From the NCBI GenBank assembly GCA_039810005.1, contig JBDHWD010000002.1, forward strand, positions 28,433 to 92,432: a stretch of DNA of 64,000 nt. The letters run 5' to 3'. The notes below the pieces were generated by a model. That model worked only from the letters and a program-made list of their open reading frames with translations. It was not told the origin of the DNA and made no database searches. Position 1 is the first letter of the stretch. The number at the start of each line of letters is the position of its first letter. Below, piece by piece: positions 8,917 to 19,858 of this stretch. Source of the DNA: Thermomicrobiales bacterium. GTDB taxonomy: Bacteria > Chloroflexota > Chloroflexia > Thermomicrobiales > CFX8. Made by a program: the position numbers and the translations under genes.

Positions 8917-9840
8917 TCACTCTCCGTTGGCTGCGAACACGAATGCCGGCCGGATGAATCCATCATCGACCGGTCGGCCAATACCCACAAACCGACCATC
9001 CGCACTATAAACGCGCAGTAGAGAATCACTCGAATAGGGATGCGAAGCGCGGAGCTCGACCGACCGGCCATGATACCACGAAGCAGTTCGTTCGCCGTCG
9101 AGGATCGCCGCACTCAGGTGATGAACAGCGCGGTCAGGATGCAGAGCAATATCCGGCCAGCGCTCTCGAACGTCGGTGTTTGCAAGATCTTCGAGCGTCC
9201 ATGCCTCATCGATCGAAAATCCACCGCTCGAGATCCGCCGCAGACCGTGACAATAGGCGTGACAGCCGAGCTGCTGGCCAAGATCGTGGGCGATTGAGCG
9301 GATGTAGGTTCCTTTGCCGCAGGCGATGTCAAGGTACAGGTCGGGTGGATCGTACGACAATACCCGAATCGCATCGATGCGAACCTGCCGGGTCGGAGCA
9401 ACAACGTCCTCTCCGGCTCGAGCGCGTGCGTAGAGGCGCTTGCCGTCCACCTTTATGGCCGAAAACGCAGGCGGCACCTGGTCGATGACGCCAACGAAGC
9501 TCTCCAGCGTGGCCTCAATCGCATCGAGGTCTGGCAAGGCCGCGGAACTGCGGGTTGTGACATCGCCGTCGACGTCGTAGGTGTCGGTCGCCGCGCCGAG
9601 GACGACGTGTGCGAGATAGCGCTTGTCGCTGTCGGCCACATACTGGAGCAACCTGGTGGCACGCCCGACGGCGACGATGACGAGGCCGGTCGCGAATGGG
9701 TCGAGCGTTCCGCCGTGCCCGACCCGCTTCATGCCAACCAGCCGTCGGACGCGGGCAACAACGTCGTGTGAGGTCCATCCTGGCGCTTTGTCGATGACCA
9801 GGAATCCGTGGCGCATTGGGGAACTAGTCGCGGTAGCCAT
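8917..9840 (-). CDS. truB: tRNA pseudouridine(55) synthase TruB
   Basis: GFLVIDKAPGWTSHDVV and GHGGTLDPFATGLV (catalytic Asp motif), plus a PUA-like C-terminus. The start could be the internal ATG at 9816. Confidence 0.9.
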   Translation of the reverse strand: MATATSSPMRHGFLVIDKAPGWTSHDVVARVRRLVGMKRVGHGGTLDPFATGLVIVAVGRATRLLQYVADSDKRYLAHVVLGAATDTYDVDGDVTTRSSAALPDLDAIEATLESFVGVIDQVPPAFSAIKVDGKRLYARARAGEDVVAPTRQVRIDAIRVLSYDPPDLYLDIACGKGTYIRSIAHDLGQQLGCHAYCHGLRRISSGGFSIDEAWTLEDLANTDVRERWPDIALHPDRAVHHLSAAILDGERTASWYHGRSVELRASHPYSSDSLLRVYSADGRFVGIGRPVDDGFIRPAFVFAANGE

Positions 9841-10909
9841 CGCTGTTCCCGTTGATCGCAGGGGCAGATACGTCGTCGACCGTGAGCGCCTTCGCCACTG
9901 CGGTCAGGAATTCGTCGCGGGATGCGTCTCCGGGATCGAGGCGCGCGCCGGCTGCGCGAGGATGTCCGCCACCGTTGAAGCGACTGAGGATTCGCGCGAC
10001 ATCAACATCATCAGCGAGGGTGCGCATGCTGACGCGCCAGCCCCACGGTTCGAGATAGAGCAGAGCCGATGCGCGCGCGCCGATCGTGCCGGCGAGGAAG
10101 TTCACCAGCCCTTCGGCTTCGGCTCGCGTTGCGCCAGCGCGATCGAGCATCTCCTGATCGATCTGCGTCCAGATGAGTGGGCCTGTCCACTTCGTCTGCT
10201 GAAGCGCGGCCGCCCATAGCTGCACGCTGGAGTACGGCTTGAGGCGGAACAGCTGGTCGACAATGACATCGAGGTCTGCACCCTGCTCAACGAGAGTCGC
10301 TGCCGCGCGCATCGTCGCTGGCGTCGTGCTGGGCGTCCGCAGGCCGAGCGTGTCGCCATAGATGCCGGCCAGCAGCGTTGTCGCACAGTCGCGATCGACG
10401 CCGATCGATAACGCTTCGAACATTTCGGTGATGATCTCAGCCGTAGCGGCGGCGCTGGGAACGACGAGATTGAGCGCCCCGAAGCGAGTGTTCGTCACGT
10501 GGTGGTCAATGTTTATTGTGTTGCGCGCGCGCTCCAGATCCTCACCGTGCGAGGCATGGAGCGGGCCAAGACGCTTCTCGTCAGAACAATCGACGAAGAT
10601 GATGAGGTCCGCCGTCGCAATCAGTGCCGGATCTAGCACGGTCACGCGGTGTGCGTTCGGAATGAACTCCAGATTGGCCGGCAACGCGGCGTCGCCCGAC
10701 GTGACCATCCACGGCTCAACGCCGATCGTTGCGCAGATAGCCGCCATGCCCAGCGCTGAGGACACCGCGTCGGCATCGGGATTCGCATGCGTCAGAATGA
10801 TCAGGCGCTCGCTCTCACGCACGCGGTCGCGAATCTGGCGAGCGATAGCCGGAATGTCTCGCAGCGCCTCGTGCTGCACAGCGTCGACGTCGTGATGCTC
10901 AGCTATCAA
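9824..10909 (-). CDS. DHH/DHHA1 phosphoesterase (NrnA-like nanoRNase / pAp phosphatase)
   Basis: LTHANPDADAVSS (DHH motif I), NIDHH, and a C-terminal GGGHPRAAG (DHHA1). Sits between rbfA and truB. Confidence 0.8.
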   Translation of the reverse strand: MIAEHHDVDAVQHEALRDIPAIARQIRDRVRESERLIILTHANPDADAVSSALGMAAICATIGVEPWMVTSGDAALPANLEFIPNAHRVTVLDPALIATADLIIFVDCSDEKRLGPLHASHGEDLERARNTINIDHHVTNTRFGALNLVVPSAAATAEIITEMFEALSIGVDRDCATTLLAGIYGDTLGLRTPSTTPATMRAAATLVEQGADLDVIVDQLFRLKPYSSVQLWAAALQQTKWTGPLIWTQIDQEMLDRAGATRAEAEGLVNFLAGTIGARASALLYLEPWGWRVSMRTLADDVDVARILSRFNGGGHPRAAGARLDPGDASRDEFLTAVAKALTVDDVSAPAINGNSDGYRD

Positions 10910-11298
10910 GACTTCTCGTCCTCATCTTCAGACGGAAGTTCGGTCGGCGTGGACAGCTCAGGTTCCAGTTCCCGAAGAATGCGGGCGATCGACTCAGCGT
11001 GCGCCATCGAGCGATCGAGCCGGAACGAGATTTCGGGAATGGTCCGCATCCTCAGACGCGGCGCGAGCGTGCGGCGAATGAAGCCGGAGGCATTGTTCAG
11101 CGCCACCAGAGAGCTGCGCTGCTCTTCGTCAGTCCCGTAGATGCTGACGAAAAGACGGGCATAGCGGAGGTCCGGACTCATCTCGACGTGGGTGATGCTC
11201 ACCATGCCGAGACGCGGATCGCTCATTTCGTGCTGAATGATCAGACTGACTTCGTCGCGAATGAGATCGGCGACGCGTTCCTGGCGACGATCACTCAT
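10906..11298 (-). CDS. rbfA: Ribosome-binding factor A
   Basis: 130 aa with RVADLIRDEVS...DPRLGMVSITHVEMSPDLRYARLFVS. Immediately downstream of infB. Confidence 0.9.
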   Translation of the reverse strand: MSDRRQERVADLIRDEVSLIIQHEMSDPRLGMVSITHVEMSPDLRYARLFVSIYGTDEEQRSSLVALNNASGFIRRTLAPRLRMRTIPEISFRLDRSMAHAESIARILRELEPELSTPTELPSEDEDEKS

Positions 11299-11375
11299 GG
11301 TCGCTCTCCGTCACAGTGACGAACGCCGGGGTGGCATGTGCCGCCCCGGTGTTCGCGACATTGCTGCTCGTTCCG

Positions 11376-13283
11376 CTAGGCTGTTCGAGCAACCTCTTCA
11401 ACATGGTAGAACTCGAGCTGGTCTCCAACTTGAATGTCGTTGAATCCCTCGAGCGTGGCACCGCACTCGTAACCGGCTGCAACTTCGCGGACATCGTCCT
11501 TGAAGCGCTTCAGCGAACTGACCATGGTATCGGTCAGCACAGTACCGCTGCGCAGCACGCGTACCCGCGAGTTACGATTGATCTTGCCGTCCAGGACGTA
11601 CAGGCCAGCCGCAACCTCCCGACCCGGAAGTCGGAATATTTCGCGGACCTCGGCGTAGCCGTCAGTGACCTCGCGCTTCTCCGGATCGAGCAGACCCGAC
11701 ATCGCCGCGCGGACGTCCTCGATCAGGTGATAGATGACGTCATAGTAGCGAATGTCGATGCTTGCTGCGTCTGCACTGCGCTTGGCGGCGGCGTCCGGCC
11801 GGACGTTGAAGCCAATGATGACTGCGCCAGAAGCAGCAGCCAGGTTGACGTCCGAATCGTTGATCGCGCCAGTTCCGCTGAGAACAGTCGTCAGCTTGAC
11901 GGATCCCGACTCTTCATTGAGCTTGGCCAGAGAGCCAAGGAGCGCTTCGAGGGAGCCCTGAAGGTCTGCCTTGACGATGACCGGCAGCTCTTTCGTGCCA
12001 CCTTCCTGCATCTGGGTGTAGATGTCGTCGAGCTTGACGATGCGATTCTGGTTGAACGCCTCGGCTCGCCGCTGGCGAGAACGCTCTTCGGCCAGTGCGC
12101 GCGCCGTGCGCTCATCAGCAACGACCTGGAACAGATCGCCCGCCTCCGGCAGATCCAGAAGACCCAGCACCTCGACGGGCGAAGCCGGTTCTGCCTTGCG
12201 GATCTTGCGGCCACGATCATCGGACATTGCACGAATGCGACCCCACGTCGCCCCGGCTACGACGATGTCACGCGGCTTCAGTGTGCCCGACTGCACCAGC
12301 AGCGTGGCAGTGACGCCGCGGCTGTGGTCGATCTTCGCCTCGATGATGACGCCGACCGCCGGCTTGAGCGGGTTCGCCTTCAGCTCGCCGATGTCCGACA
12401 CGAGCAGAACGACCTCAAGCAGATCGTCGATGCCGAGATGCTCTTTTGCCGACACTTCGACGATCGGGACATCGCCGCCGTACTCCTCCGGCATGACGCC
12501 AGCCTCGGCAAGCTGCTGCTTGACGCGATCTGGGTTCGCGGCCGGAAGGTCGATCTTGTTCATTGCGACGATCATCGGCACACCGGCGGCCTTAACGTGC
12601 GAAATCGCTTCGCGCGTCTGCGGCATCACGCCGTCATCGGCAGCGACCACGAGGATCGCGACGTCGGTGACCTGCGCGCCACGAGCACGCATCGCGGTGA
12701 ACGCTTCGTGCCCTGGTGTGTCGAGGAAGGTGATCTTTCGACCCTGCACCTCGATCTGGTACGCACCGATCCGCTGGGTGATACCGCCGGCTTCGCCCTC
12801 GGCGACCTTGGTCTCACGGATCGCGTCGAGCAGCTTTGTCTTACCGTGGTCAACGTGGCCCATGATCGTCACGACCGGTGGTCGTGGCGTCGCCTCTGGA
12901 TCGCTCTGACCTTCGGCGCGGCGACTCTCGATCTCTTCGGTTGCAGCCTGGACGACGTCCGGGACGTGCTCTTCGGTTTCGATCTCGAACGCGCGAGCGA
13001 CGCCGGTGGCGGTCTCGTAGTCAACCTGCTGGTTGATGGTCGCCATGATGCCCTGCTGCATCAGCTCTTTGATGACATCGATTGGCGTGACGTGCAGTGC
13101 TTCGGCGAGCTCGGCCACACTCATGACCGAGCCAAGTGTTACTGGCCCTTCAGGTCGAGGGGGCGCCATTGTCGCTGCGCCACCACGGCTGCGGTTTGGA
13201 TTGTCGGTCCGGTTTCCTCCGCGGCGTCCGCCGCGCGCCCTTCCACGGGCCGGCCCGCCTCCGCGCCTGTTCCCTCCACTCAT
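11376..13283 (-). CDS. infB: Translation initiation factor IF-2
   Basis: 635 aa with an Arg/Gly-rich N-terminus. The G domain reads [25 protein letters not shown] and NKID. The C-terminal IF2 domains are present. Confidence 0.95.
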   Translation of the reverse strand: MSGGNRRGGGPARGRARGGRRGGNRTDNPNRSRGGAATMAPPRPEGPVTLGSVMSVAELAEALHVTPIDVIKELMQQGIMATINQQVDYETATGVARAFEIETEEHVPDVVQAATEEIESRRAEGQSDPEATPRPPVVTIMGHVDHGKTKLLDAIRETKVAEGEAGGITQRIGAYQIEVQGRKITFLDTPGHEAFTAMRARGAQVTDVAILVVAADDGVMPQTREAISHVKAAGVPMIVAMNKIDLPAANPDRVKQQLAEAGVMPEEYGGDVPIVEVSAKEHLGIDDLLEVVLLVSDIGELKANPLKPAVGVIIEAKIDHSRGVTATLLVQSGTLKPRDIVVAGATWGRIRAMSDDRGRKIRKAEPASPVEVLGLLDLPEAGDLFQVVADERTARALAEERSRQRRAEAFNQNRIVKLDDIYTQMQEGGTKELPVIVKADLQGSLEALLGSLAKLNEESGSVKLTTVLSGTGAINDSDVNLAAASGAVIIGFNVRPDAAAKRSADAASIDIRYYDVIYHLIEDVRAAMSGLLDPEKREVTDGYAEVREIFRLPGREVAAGLYVLDGKINRNSRVRVLRSGTVLTDTMVSSLKRFKDDVREVAAGYECGATLEGFNDIQVGDQLEFYHVEEVARTA

Positions 13284-13335
13284 CGTGAGCTCCTCTCCTC
13301 GTTACGTGACATTCCCGGCGGGGCAACGATGGTGG

Positions 13336-13671
13336 TCAAACGGCTGCAGCCGCGTCATCCGGCGGGAAATGTGTCTGTGCGTATTCACGCAGACTTTCGC
13401 GCGTAGCGTCATCGAGCGTCACTTTGAGAGCCCGGTCGATGAGACGCGAATCGATCGCACGTTGCCAGCACGATCGTCGGCGACAGAGATAGGCGCCGCG
13501 CCCATTGCGCTTTCCAGTTGTGTCCACCTCGACGCCCCCTTCAGGAGTGCGCACGAGGCGGACATAGTTCCGTTTCGCATCATGCTCGCGGCATGCAACG
13601 CACAGCCGTTGCGGCACATGGCGCGGCCGCGAGCCTTTGCGATTTCGTTGCGTCGGTGCAGGATTGGCCAT
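13336..13671 (-). CDS. YlxR/DUF448 family RNA-binding protein
   Basis: 111 aa with RLCVACRE...RLVR...D..GKRNGRGAYLC. Sits between nusA and infB, the canonical position. Confidence 0.8.
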   Translation of the reverse strand: MANPAPTQRNRKGSRPRHVPQRLCVACREHDAKRNYVRLVRTPEGGVEVDTTGKRNGRGAYLCRRRSCWQRAIDSRLIDRALKVTLDDATRESLREYAQTHFPPDDAAAAV

Positions 13672-13686
13672 GCCACGCTCCTGCCG

Positions 13687-15003
13687 TTAGCTCGTCGCGA
13701 CGTCGTCATACAGCGGCAGTTCTTCGCCACTGTCGAAATCGTACTTCGCGCGGATTTCGCGGCTGTAGTAAACGTTCAGCACGTTCGCTTCAACCTCAAC
13801 ATCAACGCTCATGCCAACGAGGTCATCGTCCAGCGGACCGAAGTCGCGATCGCGGACGGAGATCGTGCCGTCTGGGCGAACCAGTCGCGGCTGCCGACCG
13901 AGCATCATGAAGTCTTCCGGTCCGGAAGCGAACGCATCGCGCGCCTCGCGGAAGAGATCATCATTCTGCTCGCGCAGCGATTCCGGATCCTTAACGTCGA
14001 TCTTCCAGTTCGTCAGCTTATAGGCGAGGCGGGCGTTCTGTCCGTCCTTACCGATCGCCAATGACATCTGGTCGGTCGGCACGATGACGCGCGCCACGTT
14101 CTCAGCCTCGTTCAACGCCACGCTGATTGGCTTGGCAGGTGACAGCGCGTTCGCAATGAACGTGTTGATGTCCGGTGACCATTCGATGACGTCGATCTTC
14201 TCGCCCATCAGCTCGTTGACGATATTCTGGATGCGCACGCCGCGGATGCCGACGCACGAGCCAACCGGATCGACCTTCTCCTGGCGCGCCGCGACAGCAA
14301 CCTTGCTGCGCAGGCCCGGCTCGCGAGCAATGTTCATGATCTCGACAGCGCCAGAGTAGATCTCCGGCACCTCAAGCTCGAACAGACGCTTGACAAGATT
14401 GACGTTGGCGCGGCTGACAATCAGCTGCGGACCGCGCGGATCCTTGTTGACGTCCAGCAGATACACCTTCAGGCGCTGACCTGGTCGGTAGCGCTCGTTG
14501 GACACCTGCTCGCGCACCGGCATGACCGCTTCGGCCTTGCCAAGCTCGACGATCACCGCGCGCGAATCAGCGCGCTGAATCACGCCGTTGAGCACCTCGC
14601 CAACGCGGTCGGCGAACTCTTCGTAGACGCTGTCGCGTTCATAGTCGCGAATCCGCTGCAGTACGACCTGCTTGGCCGTCTGGGCAGCGATACGTCCGAA
14701 GTCCTTCGGCGTTCGATCCCAGCGATAGATCTTGCCTATATAGGCATCGGTATCCATCCCGCGCGCTTCGTCCAGCGAGATCTGCGACGTCGGATCTTCG
14801 ACCTCTTCGGCAACAGCCTTGACGACGAAGATGCTCACGCCGCCAGTTGCCGGGTCAATTTCAACCTCAACGTTGTCTTCGGTGTTTTCGAGCTTGCGAT
14901 AGACAGTCTTGAGCGCATGCTCGACGGACGCCATAACGGCTTCCTTGGGAATTCCGCGCTCTGCGGCGATCTGGGTGATCGCCATATAGAAATCACTTTT
15001 CAT
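13687..15003 (-). CDS. nusA: Transcription termination/antitermination factor NusA
   Basis: Contains S1 and KH domains (e.g. [34 protein letters not shown]). I chose ATG 15003 ([18 protein letters not shown]), preceded by AGGAGGAAGTGA. The track's longer start adds a non-homologous 55 aa. Confidence 0.95.
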   Translation of the reverse strand: [438 protein letters not shown]

Positions 15004-15334
15004 CAGCGTCACTTCCTCCTTGGGACACGCGCGGACGAGAGGCGCTCGCCTCGGCGACAGAATGCAAAACCAGCATCCGGGTTGGAGCAGGCGACGGAGT
15101 CGGTCTCGCGGCGGCGCGCTGAAAGGCCCTAACAACAAACAAAGTGGGCAAATGCCCACTTCGACCAAGGGCCAGTCAGTTCCACCCCTGAATTATACCA
15201 GTCATATGGTGTAGGGTCGGACCGGATGCAGGCTGTAAAGTGCATCGATCTTGCGTCATTTCGGGGCGCAGATACCGCTCATGTTATACTGACCCCGCCG
15301 AGGAGCGGTGCGTGGGAGGCGGGATATCCAGGCG

Positions 15335-16711
15335 ATGAAGCTTCGAACGTGGCTCCGACCCGGGATGCTGATTAAGCGCTGGATCCTTCTGCTTCTCGTT
15401 GGCCTGATCATGATCAGCCTCGCGCTGGCGATGGGCCTGGCCTGGATCTATCGGACCTACGACTTCCCATCTTCTGCCGCCGGAATCGTTCAGGCGCTCA
15501 CCCTGCAGTTCATTCCCCATCCATACCGCGAGATCCTCGTTGTCACCGTTGGCGGCGGCATCACTATCTATGGATTCCTGCGCCTGTCGCGCTCGTTGCT
15601 CAGCCCTTTTATGGATACCCGCCCGGGCAGTCCGGCGCTGGCCGAGATCATTGCCACGCATCGATTTGGCGTGAGTGAGCCAGATCTGCGCATCGTCACA
15701 ATCGGCGGTGGCACCGGTCTCTCGACGCTCTTGCGCGGCCTGAAGCAGCACAATGTGTCGATCACGGCGATCGTGACAGTCGGCGACGACGGCGGCTCAT
15801 CGGGTCGCTTGCGCAGCGAGTTCAACATGCCGTCGCCGGGCGATATTCGCAACTGCCTCGTTGCGCTGGCCGATTCGGAAATGCTGCTCAGCGACCTGTT
15901 CCAGTATCGATTCGAGGCCGCCGATTCCGCACTCGATGGGCATTCATTCGGCAACCTGTTCATCACTGCGATGACTCAGGTCACCGGCAGCTTTGAGCAG
16001 GCAGTCATTGAGTCGTCGCGCGTGCTCAATATCCGCGGAACCGTGCTGCCTTCGTCGCTCGACGACATCGTCGTGTCTGCCGAGATGGATGACGGCTCGA
16101 TCGTTGTCGGTGAGTCGAATATCCCGCTGGCTCGCAAGCGCATCAAGCGGCTGTCAATCTCGCCGGACCACGCAGAAGCCTACGACCCGGCCGTTGTCGC
16201 ACTCCTGTCCGCCGACCTGATCGTGATCGGGCCGGGCAGCCTGTATACATCAGTCCTTCCCAACCTGCTGGTCGAGGGCATCTCGCACGCCCTGCGTTTT
16301 GCGCCGGCCGAGAAGGTGTACGTCTGCAACGTTGCGACGCAGCCGGGCGAGACCGACGGCTATAAGGTGATTGACCACGTCCGCGTCCTGAAGCAGCACA
16401 CGCACGGCATCGGCATCGACCGCGTCCTGATCAACTCGAATCTGGCACCAGCAGAGACGCGCATCAAGCCTGAATGGCACGTCAGCGCTGTTGAATTCGA
16501 TGGACTGCATGAGTTCGAGGGGCAGATCGCCGTCGATCAGCGAGACATTGTGAATCCGGAGTTCCCGCTGCGTCACGACCCGGAGAAGCTGGCGCAAGCG
16601 CTGATGGCGATCGGTCGCGAACACCTGACTGATGTGGCGCAACGCCCCTCCGCTGTGGAACGGGGCCGTGCAATAACGGAATCTGAGCGCATTGAGGCTG
16701 GAGTTGCCTGA
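15335..16711 (+). CDS. YvcK/CofD-family gluconeogenesis factor homologue with N-terminal membrane domain
   Basis: RIVTIGGGTGLSTLLRGLK...TAIVTVGDDGGSSGRLR...PGDIRNCLVALAD is a typical YvcK core. About 120 aa with 2-3 hydrophobic helices precede it. The start is ambiguous (GTG 15308 or ATG 15335). Confidence 0.8.
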   Translation: MKLRTWLRPGMLIKRWILLLLVGLIMISLALAMGLAWIYRTYDFPSSAAGIVQALTLQFIPHPYREILVVTVGGGITIYGFLRLSRSLLSPFMDTRPGSPALAEIIATHRFGVSEPDLRIVTIGGGTGLSTLLRGLKQHNVSITAIVTVGDDGGSSGRLRSEFNMPSPGDIRNCLVALADSEMLLSDLFQYRFEAADSALDGHSFGNLFITAMTQVTGSFEQAVIESSRVLNIRGTVLPSSLDDIVVSAEMDDGSIVVGESNIPLARKRIKRLSISPDHAEAYDPAVVALLSADLIVIGPGSLYTSVLPNLLVEGISHALRFAPAEKVYVCNVATQPGETDGYKVIDHVRVLKQHTHGIGIDRVLINSNLAPAETRIKPEWHVSAVEFDGLHEFEGQIAVDQRDIVNPEFPLRHDPEKLAQALMAIGREHLTDVAQRPSAVERGRAITESERIEAGVA

Positions 16712-16779
16712 CAGACGGAATGAGTGAGGGTTCGCAGAATATCTGCGTGAGATAGAGATGGATATGAAGGAGGGTTCGC

Positions 16780-17790
16780 ATGGCCGCTCGAGTAGCAATC
16801 AACGGTTTCGGACGCATTGGTCGGCAGGTCTTCAAGGCGTTGCACGAGGAGTATGAGGACGTTGAGATCGTCGCCGTCAACGACCTCGTTGACCCGCACA
16901 CCAACGCTCATCTCCTGAAGTACGACTCGACCTACGGCATCTACGACGCCGACATCGAGTATGACGGCGATTCGCTGATGGTGAATGGGCACGACATCAA
17001 GGTCTTCGCCGAGCGGGAGCCGGCCAAGCTGCCATGGGGCGACCTCGGCATCGACATCGTTATCGAGTCGACCGGCTTCTTCACCGACGCCACCAAGGCG
17101 CAGGGACATCGCGATGCCGGCGCAAAGAAGGTCATCATCACTGCCCCGGCAAACAACGAGGACGTGACGATCGTTCTGGGCGTGAACGACGACCAGTACG
17201 ATCCGGATACGCACCACATCATCTCCAACGCATCCTGCACGACCAACTGCCTCGCGCCGGTAGCGAAGGTCATCCACGAGCGCTTCGGTATCGCCCACGC
17301 GTTGATGACCACCGTGCATGCGTATACGAACGACCAGGTCATCCTCGACTCGCCACACAAGGACCTGCGCCGCGCCCGCAGCGCAGCCCTGAGCATCATT
17401 CCGACGACGACCGGTGCAGCGCGCGCCGTGGCGCTTGTCATGCCTGAGCTCAAGGGCAAGTTCGACGGCTTCGCGCTGCGCGTCCCGACGCCGACCGTCT
17501 CAATCGTCGACCTCACTGTCGAGCTGGAGAACGACGCCACTGCCGAAGCGTTGAATGCCGCGTTCCAGGAGGAGGCTGACGGTCCACTGGAAGGCATCCT
17601 GAGCTTCAGCGATGAGCCCCTCGTCTCAGCCGACTACCGCGGCGACAGCCATTCGGCGATCGTCGATGGTCTGTCGACGATGGTAACCGGCTCCCGCCTC
17701 GCCAAGGTCGTCGCCTGGTACGACAACGAGTGGGGTTACTCCTGCCGCGTTGCTGACCTGACCGACCTGATCGCGTCGCAGGGCCTCTAA
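16780..17790 (+). CDS. gap: Glyceraldehyde-3-phosphate dehydrogenase (type I)
   Basis: INGFGRIGR, the [12 protein letters not shown] active site, and WYDNEWGYS at the C-terminus. Confidence 0.95.
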   Translation: MAARVAINGFGRIGRQVFKALHEEYEDVEIVAVNDLVDPHTNAHLLKYDSTYGIYDADIEYDGDSLMVNGHDIKVFAEREPAKLPWGDLGIDIVIESTGFFTDATKAQGHRDAGAKKVIITAPANNEDVTIVLGVNDDQYDPDTHHIISNASCTTNCLAPVAKVIHERFGIAHALMTTVHAYTNDQVILDSPHKDLRRARSAALSIIPTTTGAARAVALVMPELKGKFDGFALRVPTPTVSIVDLTVELENDATAEALNAAFQEEADGPLEGILSFSDEPLVSADYRGDSHSAIVDGLSTMVTGSRLAKVVAWYDNEWGYSCRVADLTDLIASQGL

Positions 17791-17879
17791 TTTCGCTTTC
17801 GCTGTCCATCTTTTTGGCGGGCGGGTGGCAACGAGCCGCCCGCCCGCTGCGTCTCGTCACAACGGAAAGGAGCGACGGC

Positions 17880-19052
17880 GTGGCATTTCGCACACTTGAT
17901 TCACTCGATGTCTCTGGTAAGCGCGTGCTCGTTCGCGTCGATTTCAACGTGCCGCTCGATGGCACGACCATCACTGACGACACCCGTATCCAGGCGGCGC
18001 TGCCGACGATCAACACGCTGCTCGATCGCAATGCTGCGGTGATCCTTGTTTCGCACCTCGGCCGCCCGAAGGGAAAGGTTGTGCCGGAGTTTTCGCTCGC
18101 GCCGGTTGCGAAGCGGCTGAGCGAGCTGCTGGGCAAGGACGTCCGATTCGCGTCCGACGTGGTCGGCCCTTCAGCGCAGGAGATCTCGCAGTCGATCCAG
18201 CCTGGCGATGTAGCACTTCTGGAGAACGTGCGCTTCGAGCCGGGCGAAGAGCGCAACGACGAGGATCTGGCGGCAGCGCTGGCCGAGCTTGCCGACGTCT
18301 ACGTTAATGACGCGTTCGGCGCTGCGCATCGAGCGCATGCATCGACCGAAGGCGTCGCCCACAAGCTCCCGCACGCGGCCGGCCTGCTGATGGAACGTGA
18401 ACTGTCGGCGCTGTCGCGAGCACTGGACGATCCTGGGCGGCCACTGGTCGTGATCCTCGGCGGAGCGAAGATCTCGGACAAGATCGGGGTAATTCGCAAG
18501 TTCCTGGATACCGCCGATGCGATCCTGGTCGGCGGCGGTATCGCCAACACCCTCGTAGCCGCGCAGGGGAAAGAGATGGGCAAGTCGCTCGTCGAAACCG
18601 GCAGCCTGGATGTCGCACGGCAGATTCTCGATGAGGCGAAGACGTCGAAGTGTGACCTTGTCATTCCGACTGACTTCGTCGTAGCGAGCAGCCCGGACGA
18701 TGCCGCGAACGCTGAAACTGTCACTGAGGTTGCGCCCGACAAGGCGGCATTGGACATCGGCCCCGAGAGCATCGCCGCGTTCAGCGACTGGATCGCAAAG
18801 GCGAAGACCATCGTCTGGAATGGTCCGATGGGTCTCTTCGAGGTATCGCCGTTCGACGCCGGCACGCGGGCGATTGCCGCGGCTGTCGCCGCCTCGGACG
18901 GATACTCGATCGTCGGCGGTGGTGATTCGGTGGCAGCCGTCCATCAAGCGGGCCTGGCTGATCAGATGGATCACGTCTCGACCGGCGGCGGCGCATCGCT
19001 GGAGTTTCTGGAAGGCAAGACGCTTCCCGGCGTCGCAGCACTGGAGGAGTGA
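17880..19052 (+). CDS. pgk: Phosphoglycerate kinase
   Basis: KRVLVRVDFNVP, SHLGRPKG and VWNGPMGLFE. I chose GTG 17880, preceded by GGAAAGGAG. The track start at 17814 adds a non-homologous extension. Confidence 0.95.
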   Translation: MAFRTLDSLDVSGKRVLVRVDFNVPLDGTTITDDTRIQAALPTINTLLDRNAAVILVSHLGRPKGKVVPEFSLAPVAKRLSELLGKDVRFASDVVGPSAQEISQSIQPGDVALLENVRFEPGEERNDEDLAAALAELADVYVNDAFGAAHRAHASTEGVAHKLPHAAGLLMERELSALSRALDDPGRPLVVILGGAKISDKIGVIRKFLDTADAILVGGGIANTLVAAQGKEMGKSLVETGSLDVARQILDEAKTSKCDLVIPTDFVVASSPDDAANAETVTEVAPDKAALDIGPESIAAFSDWIAKAKTIVWNGPMGLFEVSPFDAGTRAIAAAVAASDGYSIVGGGDSVAAVHQAGLADQMDHVSTGGGASLEFLEGKTLPGVAALEE

Positions 19053-19054
19053 TC

Positions 19055-19813
19055 GTGTCACGCAAGCCGATTGTTGCCGGCAACTGGAAGATGAATACGA
19101 CACTCGACGAAGCGCGCACGCTGGCTGAGGGCATTGCCGCCCGCACTGCCGACGTGGACGGCGTTGAGCTGGCCGTGTTTCCGCCGTTTCCCTGGCTCGT
19201 TCCAGTTCGTGAGAGACTCGGGGACACTGGTGTCCAGCTCGGCGCGCAGAACTGCTATATCAAGGAATCTGGCGCGTTCACTGGCGAGGTCTCACCGTGG
19301 GCCCTGGCCGGCGTTTGCCAGATGATCCTGGCCGGCCATAGCGAGCGCCGTCATATCTTCGGCGAGTCGGACGAACTTGTTGGACAGAAGGTCGATGCCA
19401 CGCTATCGGCAGGATTGACGAGCGTTCTGTGCGTCGGCGAGCTGCTGGACGAGCGTGAGTCTGGCGACGCCATTGCGGTTGTCGAGCGCCAGCTTGCGGC
19501 CGGGCTGGCCAACGTCACGACGGGCCTGTTGCAGCGAGTTGTCATCGCCTACGAGCCCGTCTGGGCGATCGGCACGGGCGTTGCGGCGACACCCAACGAT
19601 GCGCAGGAGATGTGCGCGGCGATTCGCCAGTGGATGGCCGGCAAGTTCGGAGACGACGGCGCTACCGTCAGGGTTCTGTATGGCGGCTCAGTGTCGCCCG
19701 ACAATGCGGCCGAGCTTTTCGGTCAGTCTGATGTCGACGGCGGCCTCGTCGGTGGAGCCAGCCTCAAGGCAGACTCATTCATTGCAATCGCTGTCGCGGC
19801 AGCGACCGTGTAG
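19055..19813 (+). CDS. tpiA: Triosephosphate isomerase
   Basis: RKPIVAGNWKMN, AGHSERR and IAYEPVWAIGTG. GTG 19055 lies 5 nt after GGAGGAG. The alternative GTG 19049 overlaps the pgk stop. Confidence 0.95.
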   Translation: MSRKPIVAGNWKMNTTLDEARTLAEGIAARTADVDGVELAVFPPFPWLVPVRERLGDTGVQLGAQNCYIKESGAFTGEVSPWALAGVCQMILAGHSERRHIFGESDELVGQKVDATLSAGLTSVLCVGELLDERESGDAIAVVERQLAAGLANVTTGLLQRVVIAYEPVWAIGTGVAATPNDAQEMCAAIRQWMAGKFGDDGATVRVLYGGSVSPDNAAELFGQSDVDGGLVGGASLKADSFIAIAVAAATV

Positions 19814-19858
19814 TATCCTTGCACGGTTGTTCGACTCGTCGCTCGAAAGGTTCGTCGG

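Noticed and set aside
11316-13406. 696-aa ORF on the plus strand covering the whole infB locus
   Set aside because: It is exactly antisense to a full-length, motif-rich IF-2 gene. Long stop-free mirror frames are expected in GC-rich coding DNA. The translation is Arg/Asp/Leu/Val-rich low-complexity sequence with no recognisable motif or RBS.
15284-15751. 155-aa minus-strand ORF upstream of nusA as a possible rimP
   Set aside because: It has no RimP-like sequence. It is antisense to the well-supported yvcK homologue, and its product is Arg/Ala/Gln/Asp-rich.
16726-16780. Direct repeat of the 11-mer GAGGGTTCGCA (16726-16736 and 16770-16780) upstream of gap
   Set aside because: It is too short to rule out chance. 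The second copy is simply the gap SD plus start context, and the first copy has no following start codon. It is possibly a duplicated RBS remnant and is not pursued.
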